Assembly: GCA_964440985.1 (NCBI GenBank)
Contig: CAYTWE010000007.1
Span: forward strand, 1-63,688
DNA from: an uncultured Lentisphaeraceae bacterium
GTDB taxonomy: Bacteria > Verrucomicrobiota > Kiritimatiellia > RFP12 > UBA1067
Length of the DNA stretch: 63,688 bases
Direction: 5' to 3'
The translations under genes and the position numbers were made by a program. Under the pieces are notes generated by a model. That model made no database searches. It was not told where the DNA came from and was given only the letters and a program-made list of their open reading frames with translations. This document shows, in pieces, positions 7,905 through 17,343 of this stretch; the first letter of the stretch is position 1, and each line of letters begins with the position of its first letter.

Positions 7905-9200
7905 TCAGATGTGCGTGAAGGCGTCGTCAAGCGCACCGATGATGTCGTCCACATGCTCTATTCCGACGGAAAGGCGGATAAGCTCCGGGACTGTGCCGCT
8001 CTTGACAAGATCCTCCTCCGAAAGCTGCGAGTGCGTTGTCGACGCCGGATGTATTATGAGACTCTTGGCGTCCCCGACGTTCGCCAGAAGCGAGAAGATG
8101 TCCCCGTTCGCGGCATCGGCGAACCTGCGGGCGACATCCGCGCCGCCCTTCACGCCGAACACGACTACGCCGCCACCGCCGGACGGCAGATATTTCGCCG
8201 CAAGCTCCGGCTCGGTGAGCGTCGGATATTTCACCCATGCCACCTTCGGATGCCCCTGCAGATACTTCGCGACGGCCAGCGCATTCTCAGAATGTTTTGC
8301 GACGCGAAGCGGAAGCGACTCGACGCCCTGAAGGAACAGCCATGCGGCGTCCGGCGCAAGTGTCGGTCCCTGGTTGCGTATGCCGACTGTCAGCAACCTT
8401 ATAGAGAATGCGATTGGGCGCAGCGGTTCGGGCAGATCGTGCGCAAACCGCAGACCGTGATAGCCGGCATCAGGTTCGTTGTACAGCGCAAACTTCGGAT
8501 CTGTCCAGTCGAACTTCCCTGCGTCCACGACCACGCCGCCGATGCCGGCGCCGTGTCCGCCTATCCACTTGGAAAGCGAATGTATCACAATGTCAGCGCC
8601 ATGCTCTATCGGACGCAGCAGCGTCGGCGGCGTGAAGGTGGCGTCCACAACAAGCGGGAGGTGATGCCTCTTCGCGATGGCGGCATAGCCTTCAATGTCG
8701 GCGATGTCAAGCGCCGGATTTCCGACCGTCTCGATGTAGATGAGCCGCGTCTTCGCGTTGATCGCCGCCTCCACGGCCGCGAAGTCGTTCACCGGAGTGA
8801 AGTTCACCTTTATGCCGGAGTTCGGAAGGATCGCGTCGAACTGCGAGAACGTGCCGCCGTAAAGGTTGTTCGCCGATACGATTTCATCGCCGACCTTTGC
8901 GATGTTCGTTATCGTGAAGTAGATCGCCGCCGTGCCGGATGCAAGCGTCTTCGCCGCCGCGCCGCCCTCAAGCGCCGCGAGGCGCTTCTCAAGCACGTCG
9001 TTCGTAGGGTTCATGAGACGTGCATAGATGTTGCCCAGCTCCCGGAGAGCAAACAGATCCGCCCCGTGCTTGGAGTCCCTGAAATTGTACGCCGTCGTCC
9101 GGTACACCGGAACCGCACGCGAATTTGTCGCAGGGTCGCCGTGCGCATTCTGTCCGGCATGAACCGCCAACGTCTCGATGTGATATTTTCTGTCGCTCAT
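7905..9200 (-). CDS. metY: O-acetylhomoserine aminocarboxypropyltransferase/sulfhydrylase
   Basis: GNIYARLMNPT, HSLSKWIGGHG and ANVGDAKSLIIHPASTTHSQL motifs. Confidence 0.93.
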   Translation of the reverse strand: MSDRKYHIETLAVHAGQNAHGDPATNSRAVPVYRTTAYNFRDSKHGADLFALRELGNIYARLMNPTNDVLEKRLAALEGGAAAKTLASGTAAIYFTITNIAKVGDEIVSANNLYGGTFSQFDAILPNSGIKVNFTPVNDFAAVEAAINAKTRLIYIETVGNPALDIADIEGYAAIAKRHHLPLVVDATFTPPTLLRPIEHGADIVIHSLSKWIGGHGAGIGGVVVDAGKFDWTDPKFALYNEPDAGYHGLRFAHDLPEPLRPIAFSIRLLTVGIRNQGPTLAPDAAWLFLQGVESLPLRVAKHSENALAVAKYLQGHPKVAWVKYPTLTEPELAAKYLPSGGGGVVVFGVKGGADVARRFADAANGDIFSLLANVGDAKSLIIHPASTTHSQLSEEDLVKSGTVPELIRLSVGIEHVDDIIGALDDAFTHI

Positions 9201-9291
9201 CTCTGATGCTCCTTTCGCTTTTTCCTGAAAACGGAGCGAAGTATAGCACCATGCGACAACCATTGGCATATCAGATGTATGCCATATCTGA

Positions 9292-9308
9292 CATAGGTTG
9301 AATCTATG
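9292..9308. promoter_or_regulatory. LysR-type palindromic operator upstream of metY
   Basis: CATAG-N7-CTATG, centred about 67 nt upstream of the TSS predicted from TGcTATACT (9240-9248). Confidence 0.5.
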
Positions 9309-9416
9309 GGCGCAGATGAGATGAACGAACGGCGTTCAGCGCAGTGCGCAAAAAGAAAAGCATCTTCCGCCATGCGCCAGAAGATGCTTCGCGTTGATGT
9401 TGGCGTCAATCAATGT

Positions 9417-9878
9417 TCACACGAGGGACGACAGCAGCCCTTGGCATCCGGAGAGCACATCGCTCCACGTCGCCTCGAAATCGCCGGTATACCACGGATC
9501 GGCAACCTCGCCGTCGCGCCCGGCGTATTCCAGGAGCAGATGTATCTTGCCGCGATCCTCCGGATATACAAGGCGCATAAGATCCGCCCGGTTGAAGCGA
9601 TCCATCCCTATCAGAAGATCGTATTCCCTCGCCTTCGCCGGGGTTAGCAGCCATGCCTGCCGCGAAGTGAACGGGACACCGTGCAGACGAAGCGTCCTGC
9701 GGGTGCCGCTGTGTACGTCTGCGCCTGAACCGTCATGGCGGATGTTGTCCGGATGAAGCGCCGCAGACGCAACCTCAACGTCCGTGCGCCCTGCCTTCGC
9801 AAGCAGGTCTTTCATGACAAACTCGGCCATCGGCGAACGGCAGATGTTTCCGTGGCAGAGAAAAAGTATCTTCGTCAT
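9417..9878 (-). CDS. Low-molecular-weight protein-tyrosine phosphatase
   Basis: CHGNICRS P-loop and DPWY motif. Confidence 0.93.
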   Translation of the reverse strand: MTKILFLCHGNICRSPMAEFVMKDLLAKAGRTDVEVASAALHPDNIRHDGSGADVHSGTRRTLRLHGVPFTSRQAWLLTPAKAREYDLLIGMDRFNRADLMRLVYPEDRGKIHLLLEYAGRDGEVADPWYTGDFEATWSDVLSGCQGLLSSLV

Positions 9879-9953
9879 CTTGCGTCCAAGCCTATCTTGT
9901 CCAAATGATGCGCCCTGATTCGCCGTCTGATCGGCAGATGTGCGACCTGCGGT

Positions 9954-10946
9954 TCAGGAGGCCTGCACCGCCGTCATCGCGACGGTGTTGACTATGTCGT
10001 CCGTGGAGCATCCACGCGACAGGTCGTTGCACGGTCGGGCAAGCCCCTGAAGGACGGCGAAGCAGTTCGCGCCGCCGATTCGCTGCGTTATCTTGTACCC
10101 GATGTTCCCGGACTGCAGATCCGGGAATATGAGCACATTGGCGCGTCCGCCCACAGGGCTGCCCTTCGCCTTCAGCTCGGCGACTTCAGGCACGAGCGCG
10201 GCGTCAAGCTGAAGCTCTCCATCCAGAACGAGGTCAGGCGCAAGGGATCGGGCAATCTCCGTCGCATTGCGAACCTTATCCACGAGCGCATGATCTGCAC
10301 TGCCCTTTGTCGAGAACGACAGAAGTGCGACACGCGGCTCCGCGATTCCGCACAGCGTCCGCGCTGTGTCCGCCGCAGCCACCGCGATGTTCGCCAGCTC
10401 TTCGGCGTTCGGACACGGATTGACGACGCAATCCGCGTAGACGAGAAGCCCACCCGCACCTATGGACTTGTTTCCGCACTCCACAAGAAAACTCGACGAG
10501 ACAAGCTTCAATCCGGGTTTGGTCTTGATTATCTGAAGTGCAGGACGCAGCATATCTCCTGTGGAATGGACAGCTCCGGAGACAAGGCCGTCTGCATCTC
10601 CGAGCTTGACCATCATGATTCCAAAATACATCGGATCGGCGACAAGCTCAGCCGCCTTGCCTTCAGTCACGCCCTTTTCCTTTCGCAACGCGTAAAGTTC
10701 CTGCGCATAGGCAGCGGTCCTGGAATCTGTCGCAGGGTTGACTATACCGACACCTGCGAGATCAATGCCGCCCTTCGATGCGACAGCGGAGATTTCGGCA
10801 GGATCGCCAAGCAGGACGGGCTTTGCCAGCCCTTCACGAACAAGAATCGCCGCCGCCGCAACCGTACGCGGCTCATCACCCTCAGGCAGCACGATCGTCT
10901 TGACGTTCGCCTTTGCCTTGCGCCATATGACATCTATCAAACTCAT
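9954..10946 (-). CDS. pta: Phosphate acetyltransferase (short form)
   Basis: IVLPEGDEPR, LSFSTKGSA, DGELQLDAA, GNIGYK and DLSRGCS motifs. Confidence 0.92.
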   Translation of the reverse strand: MSLIDVIWRKAKANVKTIVLPEGDEPRTVAAAAILVREGLAKPVLLGDPAEISAVASKGGIDLAGVGIVNPATDSRTAAYAQELYALRKEKGVTEGKAAELVADPMYFGIMMVKLGDADGLVSGAVHSTGDMLRPALQIIKTKPGLKLVSSSFLVECGNKSIGAGGLLVYADCVVNPCPNAEELANIAVAAADTARTLCGIAEPRVALLSFSTKGSADHALVDKVRNATEIARSLAPDLVLDGELQLDAALVPEVAELKAKGSPVGGRANVLIFPDLQSGNIGYKITQRIGGANCFAVLQGLARPCNDLSRGCSTDDIVNTVAMTAVQAS

Positions 10947-10974
10947 CTTGAGCACCTCCATCAAAACATCAAAC

Positions 10975-12081
10975 CTACAGCCCGATATCGCCGAAGCCGT
11001 CCCACACGTTCCGCCCTTCATAGCGACGCGGGGTCAGCTCACCGTTCAGGACGCGCAGCGCCGGATAGGCCATCGCCTCCTGCTCCATCTCACCGGGATA
11101 CGTCTCGATGGGTGCGATGAATCCGCAGCGTCGGCGAACGCCCTCGACGACATCATCGAAACGCAGGAGGCCGCCGGTAAGCAGTATCGCATCGACCTGT
11201 CCGCACAGGACTGCGCTCATCTCGCCGATCATCTTGCATACCTGATAGATCATCGTCTGCCACACGAGCGTTGCCTTGCGGTCGCCCGCATCAACCTTTG
11301 CGTGGATCACATCGGAGTTGGACGTGCCGAAGAGATCCACGAATCCGCCGGCGCGTGTGCAGCGGAGTCTTACCTCCTCCATCGAATGGGAATCGATGTA
11401 GTCCAAAAGCTGCAGAGCCGGCACAGAGCCTATGCGGGTCGGGGTAAACGCACCCTCTCCATCCGCACCCATGTTGCCGTCGATCATGCGGCCGCGCTCA
11501 TGCGCTCCGACCGTAATGCCGCCGTCGATGTGCGCCACGATGAAGTTGCAGTCCTCATAGCGGCGGCCGATCTTCTCCGCATGGTACTCCGCCACAGCCT
11601 TCTGGTTGAGGACGTGCGAATGCGGAGTGCGATACACGCCCTTTATCCCCGTGAGACGCGCCAGCTCTCCGTACTCGTCGACATTCGTCGGATTGAGAGT
11701 GTACGCAGGCCTGCCGTACTCCTGAGCAAACCGCCACGCCAGCATCACGCCAAGTTTCGCCGGATGCTCAGATCCGCCGACGCCCGCGACGGTGTCCGCG
11801 TAGAGCCTTTCGTCGATGACCGTGATCCCTCCAGGCTGCGTACATGCGCTGCCGCCGCGTCCGACAAAGGCGTCGACGGATTCAGGCGACACGCCGCATT
11901 CCTTCAGCTGTGCGACAATCAGGTCATAGCGGAACTGCTCCTGATCGTTCACATGGGCGAACTTCAGAAGAACCGAGGAATCATGGAACACGTTCTTCTC
12001 GAACATGACTTTCCGGTCTTCAAACAGACTGACCTTGGTCGATGTGGATCCGGGATTGATTACCAGTATCTTCTTTGACAT
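10975..12081 (-). CDS. buk: Butyrate kinase
   Basis: ILVINPGSTSTK, VGRGG, HVLNQKAVA, FTPTRIG and YPGEME motifs. Confidence 0.9.
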   Translation of the reverse strand: MSKKILVINPGSTSTKVSLFEDRKVMFEKNVFHDSSVLLKFAHVNDQEQFRYDLIVAQLKECGVSPESVDAFVGRGGSACTQPGGITVIDERLYADTVAGVGGSEHPAKLGVMLAWRFAQEYGRPAYTLNPTNVDEYGELARLTGIKGVYRTPHSHVLNQKAVAEYHAEKIGRRYEDCNFIVAHIDGGITVGAHERGRMIDGNMGADGEGAFTPTRIGSVPALQLLDYIDSHSMEEVRLRCTRAGGFVDLFGTSNSDVIHAKVDAGDRKATLVWQTMIYQVCKMIGEMSAVLCGQVDAILLTGGLLRFDDVVEGVRRRCGFIAPIETYPGEMEQEAMAYPALRVLNGELTPRRYEGRNVWDGFGDIGL

Positions 12082-12173
12082 GCTGTCGTCTTCGCTCCGT
12101 TGTTTATGGATGTTCTGATAAGCCCTATGACGTTTCCACCGGCGATTCGGCCATGCGTCGCCGCAGATTTGCA

Positions 12174-13481
12174 TCAACAGTGAAGAAGCCTCCGCGAAGC
12201 GTCCATTACGTCCGTCCTCGCCCTTTCAATGTCGATTGACGCATACTTTCCGCCATCGTACAGGATGCGTCCGTCAACAATCGTCATCGTAACGTCAGAG
12301 GCCTGTGCGCAGTAGACGATGGCGTTCGGTATGTCCACCGCCGGCTGAAGGTGCGGTTTTTCGAGATCGATGACGCAAAGATCCGCACATCTTCCGACAG
12401 CCACCTCGCCGGAATTTGTCCGTCCAAGGGCGCGGGCGCCGTTCACTGTCGCCATGTCAATTACGTCCGCAGCGCCGAGCACCGCAGGATCGTGCGCCAA
12501 GCCCTTGTGCACGAGAGCGGCGATGTGCATCTCCTCGAACATGTTCAGGTTGTCGTTGGAGGCGCACCCGTCCGTTCCGAGGGCGACGTTCACGCCAAGC
12601 TCCATGGCGGCGGCGATGCGTGCGAACCCGCTGCCGAGCTTCATGTTGCTTGACGGGTTGTGGACGAGGGTGACGCCGTGTTCGCGCATGATCCTGAAGT
12701 CGTCATCCGTCGCCCACACGCAATGAGCGGCATAGCCGCCAAAATCGAGAAGTCCGACGTCCGCGAGATACGCCGTTGGCGTCTTCCCGTGCCGGGAGAT
12801 GCACTCGTCGTGCTCGCGCCGCGTCTCGGAGACGTGCACATGCAGCGGGCGCCCCATTTCGCGGTTCGCGGCGGCAAGTTCGCGGCAGAACCGTTCATCG
12901 GTGAGATACTCCGAGTGTATGCAGACATCCGCGACAACGCCGCCATGACATCCGTCCATCCACCTCTTCGTGAAATCCACGCAATCCTCAAGACGCCCGG
13001 CAACATTCAGTCCCACACGGCATATGTTCGCCTTGAACCCTGTCTCCTCGAACACCCTGCCGCCGGCATCCTGGAAATCGTACATGTCCGCAACGCACAC
13101 AGTTCCGCCGGAAAGCATTTCGGCCACGCCCCACCGAACGCCGATCTCGACGTCACGACGCGTCAGCTTGGCCTCCACCGGAAATATCGCTTCGTTCAAC
13201 CAGCGGTCAAGGGGAAGGCCACATCCAAGACCGCGAAGCAGCGTCATCGCGGTATGGCCGTGCGCATTGAAGATTCCCGGCATCACGAGAGCGCCGTGAA
13301 GCCTTTTCACGACGGCGCCGCCGGAAGGCGTGATCTCCTTACCGATCCCGGCGATCACGCCATCGCGAACGAGGATATCCCCCTCTCCGATCGTGTGGTC
13401 GGGACGCAGAAAACGGCATCCGGCAAGCAGAAGTTCGGAAGGCCGTTCGCAATTTCCGCCCGATTTCACGTCATCGTTCAC
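12174..13481 (-). CDS. Amidohydrolase (MTA/SAH deaminase-like)
   Basis: NAHGH, HVHVSET, HNPSSNMKLGSG and LGTDG motifs. GTG start overlaps the DUF456 stop (start approximate). Confidence 0.85.
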   Translation of the reverse strand: MNDDVKSGGNCERPSELLLAGCRFLRPDHTIGEGDILVRDGVIAGIGKEITPSGGAVVKRLHGALVMPGIFNAHGHTAMTLLRGLGCGLPLDRWLNEAIFPVEAKLTRRDVEIGVRWGVAEMLSGGTVCVADMYDFQDAGGRVFEETGFKANICRVGLNVAGRLEDCVDFTKRWMDGCHGGVVADVCIHSEYLTDERFCRELAAANREMGRPLHVHVSETRREHDECISRHGKTPTAYLADVGLLDFGGYAAHCVWATDDDFRIMREHGVTLVHNPSSNMKLGSGFARIAAAMELGVNVALGTDGCASNDNLNMFEEMHIAALVHKGLAHDPAVLGAADVIDMATVNGARALGRTNSGEVAVGRCADLCVIDLEKPHLQPAVDIPNAIVYCAQASDVTMTIVDGRILYDGGKYASIDIERARTDVMDASRRLLHC

Positions 13482-13960
13482 GACATTCCCCTGAAAACCG
13501 CAACCGCAAGCCAGCCGGCACAGGCCGCACAGTACACAACCTTCAGCAGAACTCCGCACAGAAACCCAAGCAATGCGCCGAATCCGCCGGAAAGCGACGG
13601 GGCAAGTCTCTTGCCGGACGCCATCTCTCCCGCAACCGCTCCGATGAACGGGCCAAGAAGCACACCCCACGGCAGAAAGAACATCCCGGCAAAAGTGCCG
13701 ATTGTGCAACCAATCACTCCCCAGCGAGAGCAGTTGAACCTCTTTGCGCCGTACGCAGGGATCACGTAGTCAAGCAGAAGGACTGCCGCACACGCAACGC
13801 CCAGCACTACGCAGACCGACATTGAAGGCGCAAAGCGCGACAGCAGCATTACGAGGACGCCCCCATATGCAAGCGCTGGCCCCGGAATGGCCGGCACCAC
13901 GCATCCTATGAATCCAATCAGGATCAGGATCAGAGAGATCAGCGCATAGACCGCATCCAT
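13478..13960 (-). CDS. DUF456 family membrane protein
   Basis: GCVVPAIPGP, GAKRF..SRWG and GPFIGAVAGE motifs. Confidence 0.85.
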   Translation of the reverse strand: MDAVYALISLILILIGFIGCVVPAIPGPALAYGGVLVMLLSRFAPSMSVCVVLGVACAAVLLLDYVIPAYGAKRFNCSRWGVIGCTIGTFAGMFFLPWGVLLGPFIGAVAGEMASGKRLAPSLSGGFGALLGFLCGVLLKVVYCAACAGWLAVAVFRGMS

Positions 13961-13972
13961 GGGAAATTCCGG

Positions 13973-14836
13973 TTATTTCGCAAAAAGCCCAGTGCGCCAT
14001 TCACCGACGAGCATGGAGGAACGCTCATTGAAGCCACGCCTCTCGTACTCAGCCTTGACTTCCGGATAAAGTTCATCGAGGATTCCGGAGAGAATCAAGC
14101 TCCCGCCCGGCTTGACCAGTGCAGATATCCGCTCCGCAAAACGGATCAGAACCGGTCCAAGAACGTTTGCCGCCACAAAATCCGCCGGCGGTATATCTCC
14201 GCTGCCGGCCATTATCCCCGAAAGGTCTCCGCGGAAGAACGTCACGTCCGCGCCATTCGCCGCCGCAGTCTCCGACGCAACCCGCACGGCGTCCGCATCG
14301 ATGTCAAACCCGCGCACGTCGCCGAAACCGAGAAGCTTCGCCGCCACGGCAAGTATACCGCTCCCGCAGCCCACATCAAGAAACGTCGGGCGGATATCGG
14401 CAGCCGCGATGTACTCAAGGCAAGCCCTCGTTGTCGCATGGTTGCCGGTTCCAAACGCCATCCCGGGATCAATGCGCAACACCTTCTGCCCGTCCGTCGG
14501 CTCATACTTCTCCCACGCCGGCACAACAGCAAGACGCGGCGAAAGAACGGTGGTCTTGAAATGCAGACGATAGGAAAGCGTCCAGTCCTCGTCCGGAAAG
14601 GTGCGAACCTTTATCTCCGGATCTATCCCGATGATGTCGAGGGCGGACTTCAGCGCCGCAATGGCCGCGTTCCGCATCGCACCGCCATCCCCTTCCGGCT
14701 CAGGGAAGAAGATCTGCATCGTCGTCGCGGATTCCTCGATGTCGCGGTACGAAGACAAAACGAAATCCCCTCCATCGAATACTTCGAAGAGGGGATTGAC
14801 GCATTGTTCGTCAACCGAACAATAGACGCACGTCAT
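13973..14836 (-). CDS. prmA: Ribosomal protein L11 methyltransferase
   Basis: IDPGMAFGTGNHATT, LDVGCGSGIL and ILSGIL motifs. Confidence 0.93.
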   Translation of the reverse strand: MTCVYCSVDEQCVNPLFEVFDGGDFVLSSYRDIEESATTMQIFFPEPEGDGGAMRNAAIAALKSALDIIGIDPEIKVRTFPDEDWTLSYRLHFKTTVLSPRLAVVPAWEKYEPTDGQKVLRIDPGMAFGTGNHATTRACLEYIAAADIRPTFLDVGCGSGILAVAAKLLGFGDVRGFDIDADAVRVASETAAANGADVTFFRGDLSGIMAGSGDIPPADFVAANVLGPVLIRFAERISALVKPGGSLILSGILDELYPEVKAEYERRGFNERSSMLVGEWRTGLFAK

Positions 14837-14845
14837 GGCCGTACG

Positions 14846-15061
14846 TTACTTGGCGGCGCGCTTGGCGAGCATCTTCTTGACGGCGGTCGGACGCTGCACG
14901 AGCACACGCACGCTCTCATCGCTCATGATCTTGACCTCGTCCTCACCAAGACCGAACTTGACGAGACGACGACGCTGCGCGGAACGCTTGCGAGCCTTTC
15001 CTGCAGGCGTCTTGCACGGACGGACGTGCGATTCCTTGCGTAGTGTACGACCTGTACCCAT
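14846..15061 (-). CDS. Small, highly basic hypothetical protein (ribosomal-protein-like)
   Basis: 71 aa with 21 K/R. SD AAGAAGGA. Fills the gap between tRNA-Met and prmA. Uses CGT/AAG codons. Confidence 0.8.
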   Translation of the reverse strand: MGTGRTLRKESHVRPCKTPAGKARKRSAQRRRLVKFGLGEDEVKIMSDESVRVLVQRPTAVKKMLAKRAAK

Positions 15062-15091
15062 TGTTCTATCCTTCTTTATTCTTTCTAAAAA

Positions 15092-15167
15092 TGGTGGCGA
15101 GAAAGGGGATCGAACCCTTGACCTTAGGCTTATGAGTCCTGCGCTCTACCGACTGAGCTATCTCGCC
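15092..15167 (-). tRNA. tRNA with CAT anticodon (probably elongator Met)
   Basis: GGCGAGATAGCTCAGTCGGTAGAGC...CTCATAA...GGTTCGATCCC...CTCGCCACCA; 76 nt; paired G1-C72, so not an initiator tRNA. Confidence 0.93.
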
Positions 15168-15179
15168 TTTGAGACGCAT

Positions 15180-15208
15180 AAGATATCAAATCAGCGTTCG
15201 CAAGTCAA
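15180..15208 (-). promoter_or_regulatory. Sigma70 promoter of the tRNA-Met operon
   Basis: TTGACT-17 nt-TATCTT with extended TG. Confidence 0.75.
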
Positions 15209-15242
15209 TAGCCCAAGTGAAAACTTCCAACATTTTTTTAAG

Positions 15243-17273
15243 TCAGCGCGTCAGCTTGATCCATGCGAAGTCAAGCTCCGCCGGAATCTCCACCTCGAGT
15301 TCCGTACCGTCGTCGTCAAGTTCCGCCTTGCCGCGTCCGCCGATCACCTCCGCTTTCCTGAAGGAAGCCCCGTCCGGAAGATAGCGAGAAAGATCCAGCG
15401 AGAATTCGTCATCACGCGAACGCTCGCGGAACAGTATGGCGTATGCACTTGCATTGTCCTTCGCGCACGAAAGGAAGCCCGTCCACGCATATCCGTCCGG
15501 CTCATGCCCTACCGGATAGATCGTTCCGCCGTGCATGGCGGCCCTTTCGCGCTTCCAGCGCGAAATAAGCGGACGCCAGGCGTCACGAACATTCTGCGGC
15601 ACGTCTGAAAGCTCCATCCAGCCGAGGGGCGACGCCACCATGGCGATCGCGAAGAGCGCATCGGCCGGCCAGAGGTGCGGCGCGAGCGGATCATCGGTGT
15701 AGCCGGACTGGTTCTTGCCGGGGTTCATCAACTCCATGCGCAGACGGACAGGATCGACCACCTGCGACAGCGTCCACAGGTTGCGGAGAGTGAGGTGCGG
15801 ACGGTATGCGCGGGAGTCGCGCTCCCGCTGGTAGCGGTTCTCGACGAACAGCGGCCCGATGTCCATCAGACCGAAGTAGCCGGGCCGGATGCCGGCCGTG
15901 CAGTCGAGATCGAACACCATGTCAGAACTGGACTCCGTGAGCATCTTGTCAAAGAACTTCCTGTTGCGCTCGAAGCCGAGTGGCGTCGTTATGTGCAAGG
16001 AGTCGATCTTGAAGTAGCGGACGTCCATCTTGCGGTAGTAGTCCAGCAGGCAGTCGGCATCCTCCTCCCAATGCTTGAGGTCGTCGGAGGAGTCAGGCCC
16101 GAACCATATCCCGAACACAAGCCCCTTCGCCTTTGCGGCGGCGGCGAGCGGCGCAAGCCCATGCGGGAAACGCTCTTCGTCCGGCTCCCAGAAACGCGGG
16201 TCAACCGCACGGAAGTCGCTCCACGCCTTAGGTATGCCCGGAAGGAGCTTCTTCTTGGAGTTCGCCGTGCGTCCGCGCTGCCAGCCGTCATCGACCTGTA
16301 TGACGTCCACGCCGATGTCGGCCGCCGCCTCCACCTCCTTCATGAGGAAATCTGCGTTGATGCGGCTGTCCTGGTTTCCGTCCCCCCAGGTGTTGGAGAG
16401 GAATATGCCGTCGCGTCCGGCCCGGTATGGACGTATCGCCCGCTGCAGATCCTGCAATGCCCGGATGCGCCCCGCCTCTCCGCCGGAGTAGGTCAGCTCG
16501 GCGAGCGGATAACCGTTCACCAGGGTAATGACAGTACGGTCGGACGATGACACCACGAAGTCCGGAATGTCCGTCGGCCGCGATATCGGCATCGGCGCCA
16601 GACGCAGAAACACCAGGCCGTCACCAGTCGCCGAATCACGCACGTCAAGCGCCGTAGTGGCGACGGCCTCCGCTATCTGGCATGACGGCATCAGCCAATC
16701 GTTTCGCTTCACGAGGTCGTTGCGTATGTCGGTCTGGTCGAACAGCGTGACGCTCGTGACGCGAACGTGCATCGGGGAAAGCGGAATGCTGTCGCCAACC
16801 TCCCTCGCCTTGGACGGCAGCGCCCAACCCTTTCCGGCAATCTTCCTGTATTCGTTTGCCGACTGCTTTACGACGATCTCCGGGATCGGACGCTTCCATC
16901 CCTGCTCCTTCAGGACACCGGAGACGCCCGGATAGACGCGCAGTGTCGTGGTGTTCCCCCCGACGGTCACTCTTACGGCAAGCCCCTCCGCCCCGGCCGG
17001 ATTGCGTCTCTCCGCCGTGCACACCGGCTCCGGCATCGCACCTCTCCTGCCTGACGCAGCGTTGCGCATCCATTCGCCGCCCGACGGCTTTCTGATTGAC
17101 GCCGTCCGCAACTCGCCGTTAATGACGGCATACGTACGTTCAAACGCACCGTTGCCCACGGTCAGCGAATCGCCGTTCCATCTCGCGAAGCATCCGCCTG
17201 TCTCAAACGTTCCGGCAAATGCCGCCACTGCAAGCGTCGCCGCCGAAACAATGATTGCGCCCTTCATGTTCAT
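15243..17273 (-). CDS. Secreted alpha-galactosidase (GH36-like)
   Basis: SNTWGD, QVDDGWQ, RFPHGL, GIWF and YFKID motifs; signal peptide; AAAGGA before ATG 17273. Confidence 0.85.
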   Translation of the reverse strand: MNMKGAIIVSAATLAVAAFAGTFETGGCFARWNGDSLTVGNGAFERTYAVINGELRTASIRKPSGGEWMRNAASGRRGAMPEPVCTAERRNPAGAEGLAVRVTVGGNTTTLRVYPGVSGVLKEQGWKRPIPEIVVKQSANEYRKIAGKGWALPSKAREVGDSIPLSPMHVRVTSVTLFDQTDIRNDLVKRNDWLMPSCQIAEAVATTALDVRDSATGDGLVFLRLAPMPISRPTDIPDFVVSSSDRTVITLVNGYPLAELTYSGGEAGRIRALQDLQRAIRPYRAGRDGIFLSNTWGDGNQDSRINADFLMKEVEAAADIGVDVIQVDDGWQRGRTANSKKKLLPGIPKAWSDFRAVDPRFWEPDEERFPHGLAPLAAAAKAKGLVFGIWFGPDSSDDLKHWEEDADCLLDYYRKMDVRYFKIDSLHITTPLGFERNRKFFDKMLTESSSDMVFDLDCTAGIRPGYFGLMDIGPLFVENRYQRERDSRAYRPHLTLRNLWTLSQVVDPVRLRMELMNPGKNQSGYTDDPLAPHLWPADALFAIAMVASPLGWMELSDVPQNVRDAWRPLISRWKRERAAMHGGTIYPVGHEPDGYAWTGFLSCAKDNASAYAILFRERSRDDEFSLDLSRYLPDGASFRKAEVIGGRGKAELDDDGTELEVEIPAELDFAWIKLTR

Positions 17274-17343
17274 AACGTATCCTTTCATTTTGTCTGCGTC
17301 ACCCCGCCTTGCGGCGCGAATGCCCGTCTCCTGGAAGCGGCGA

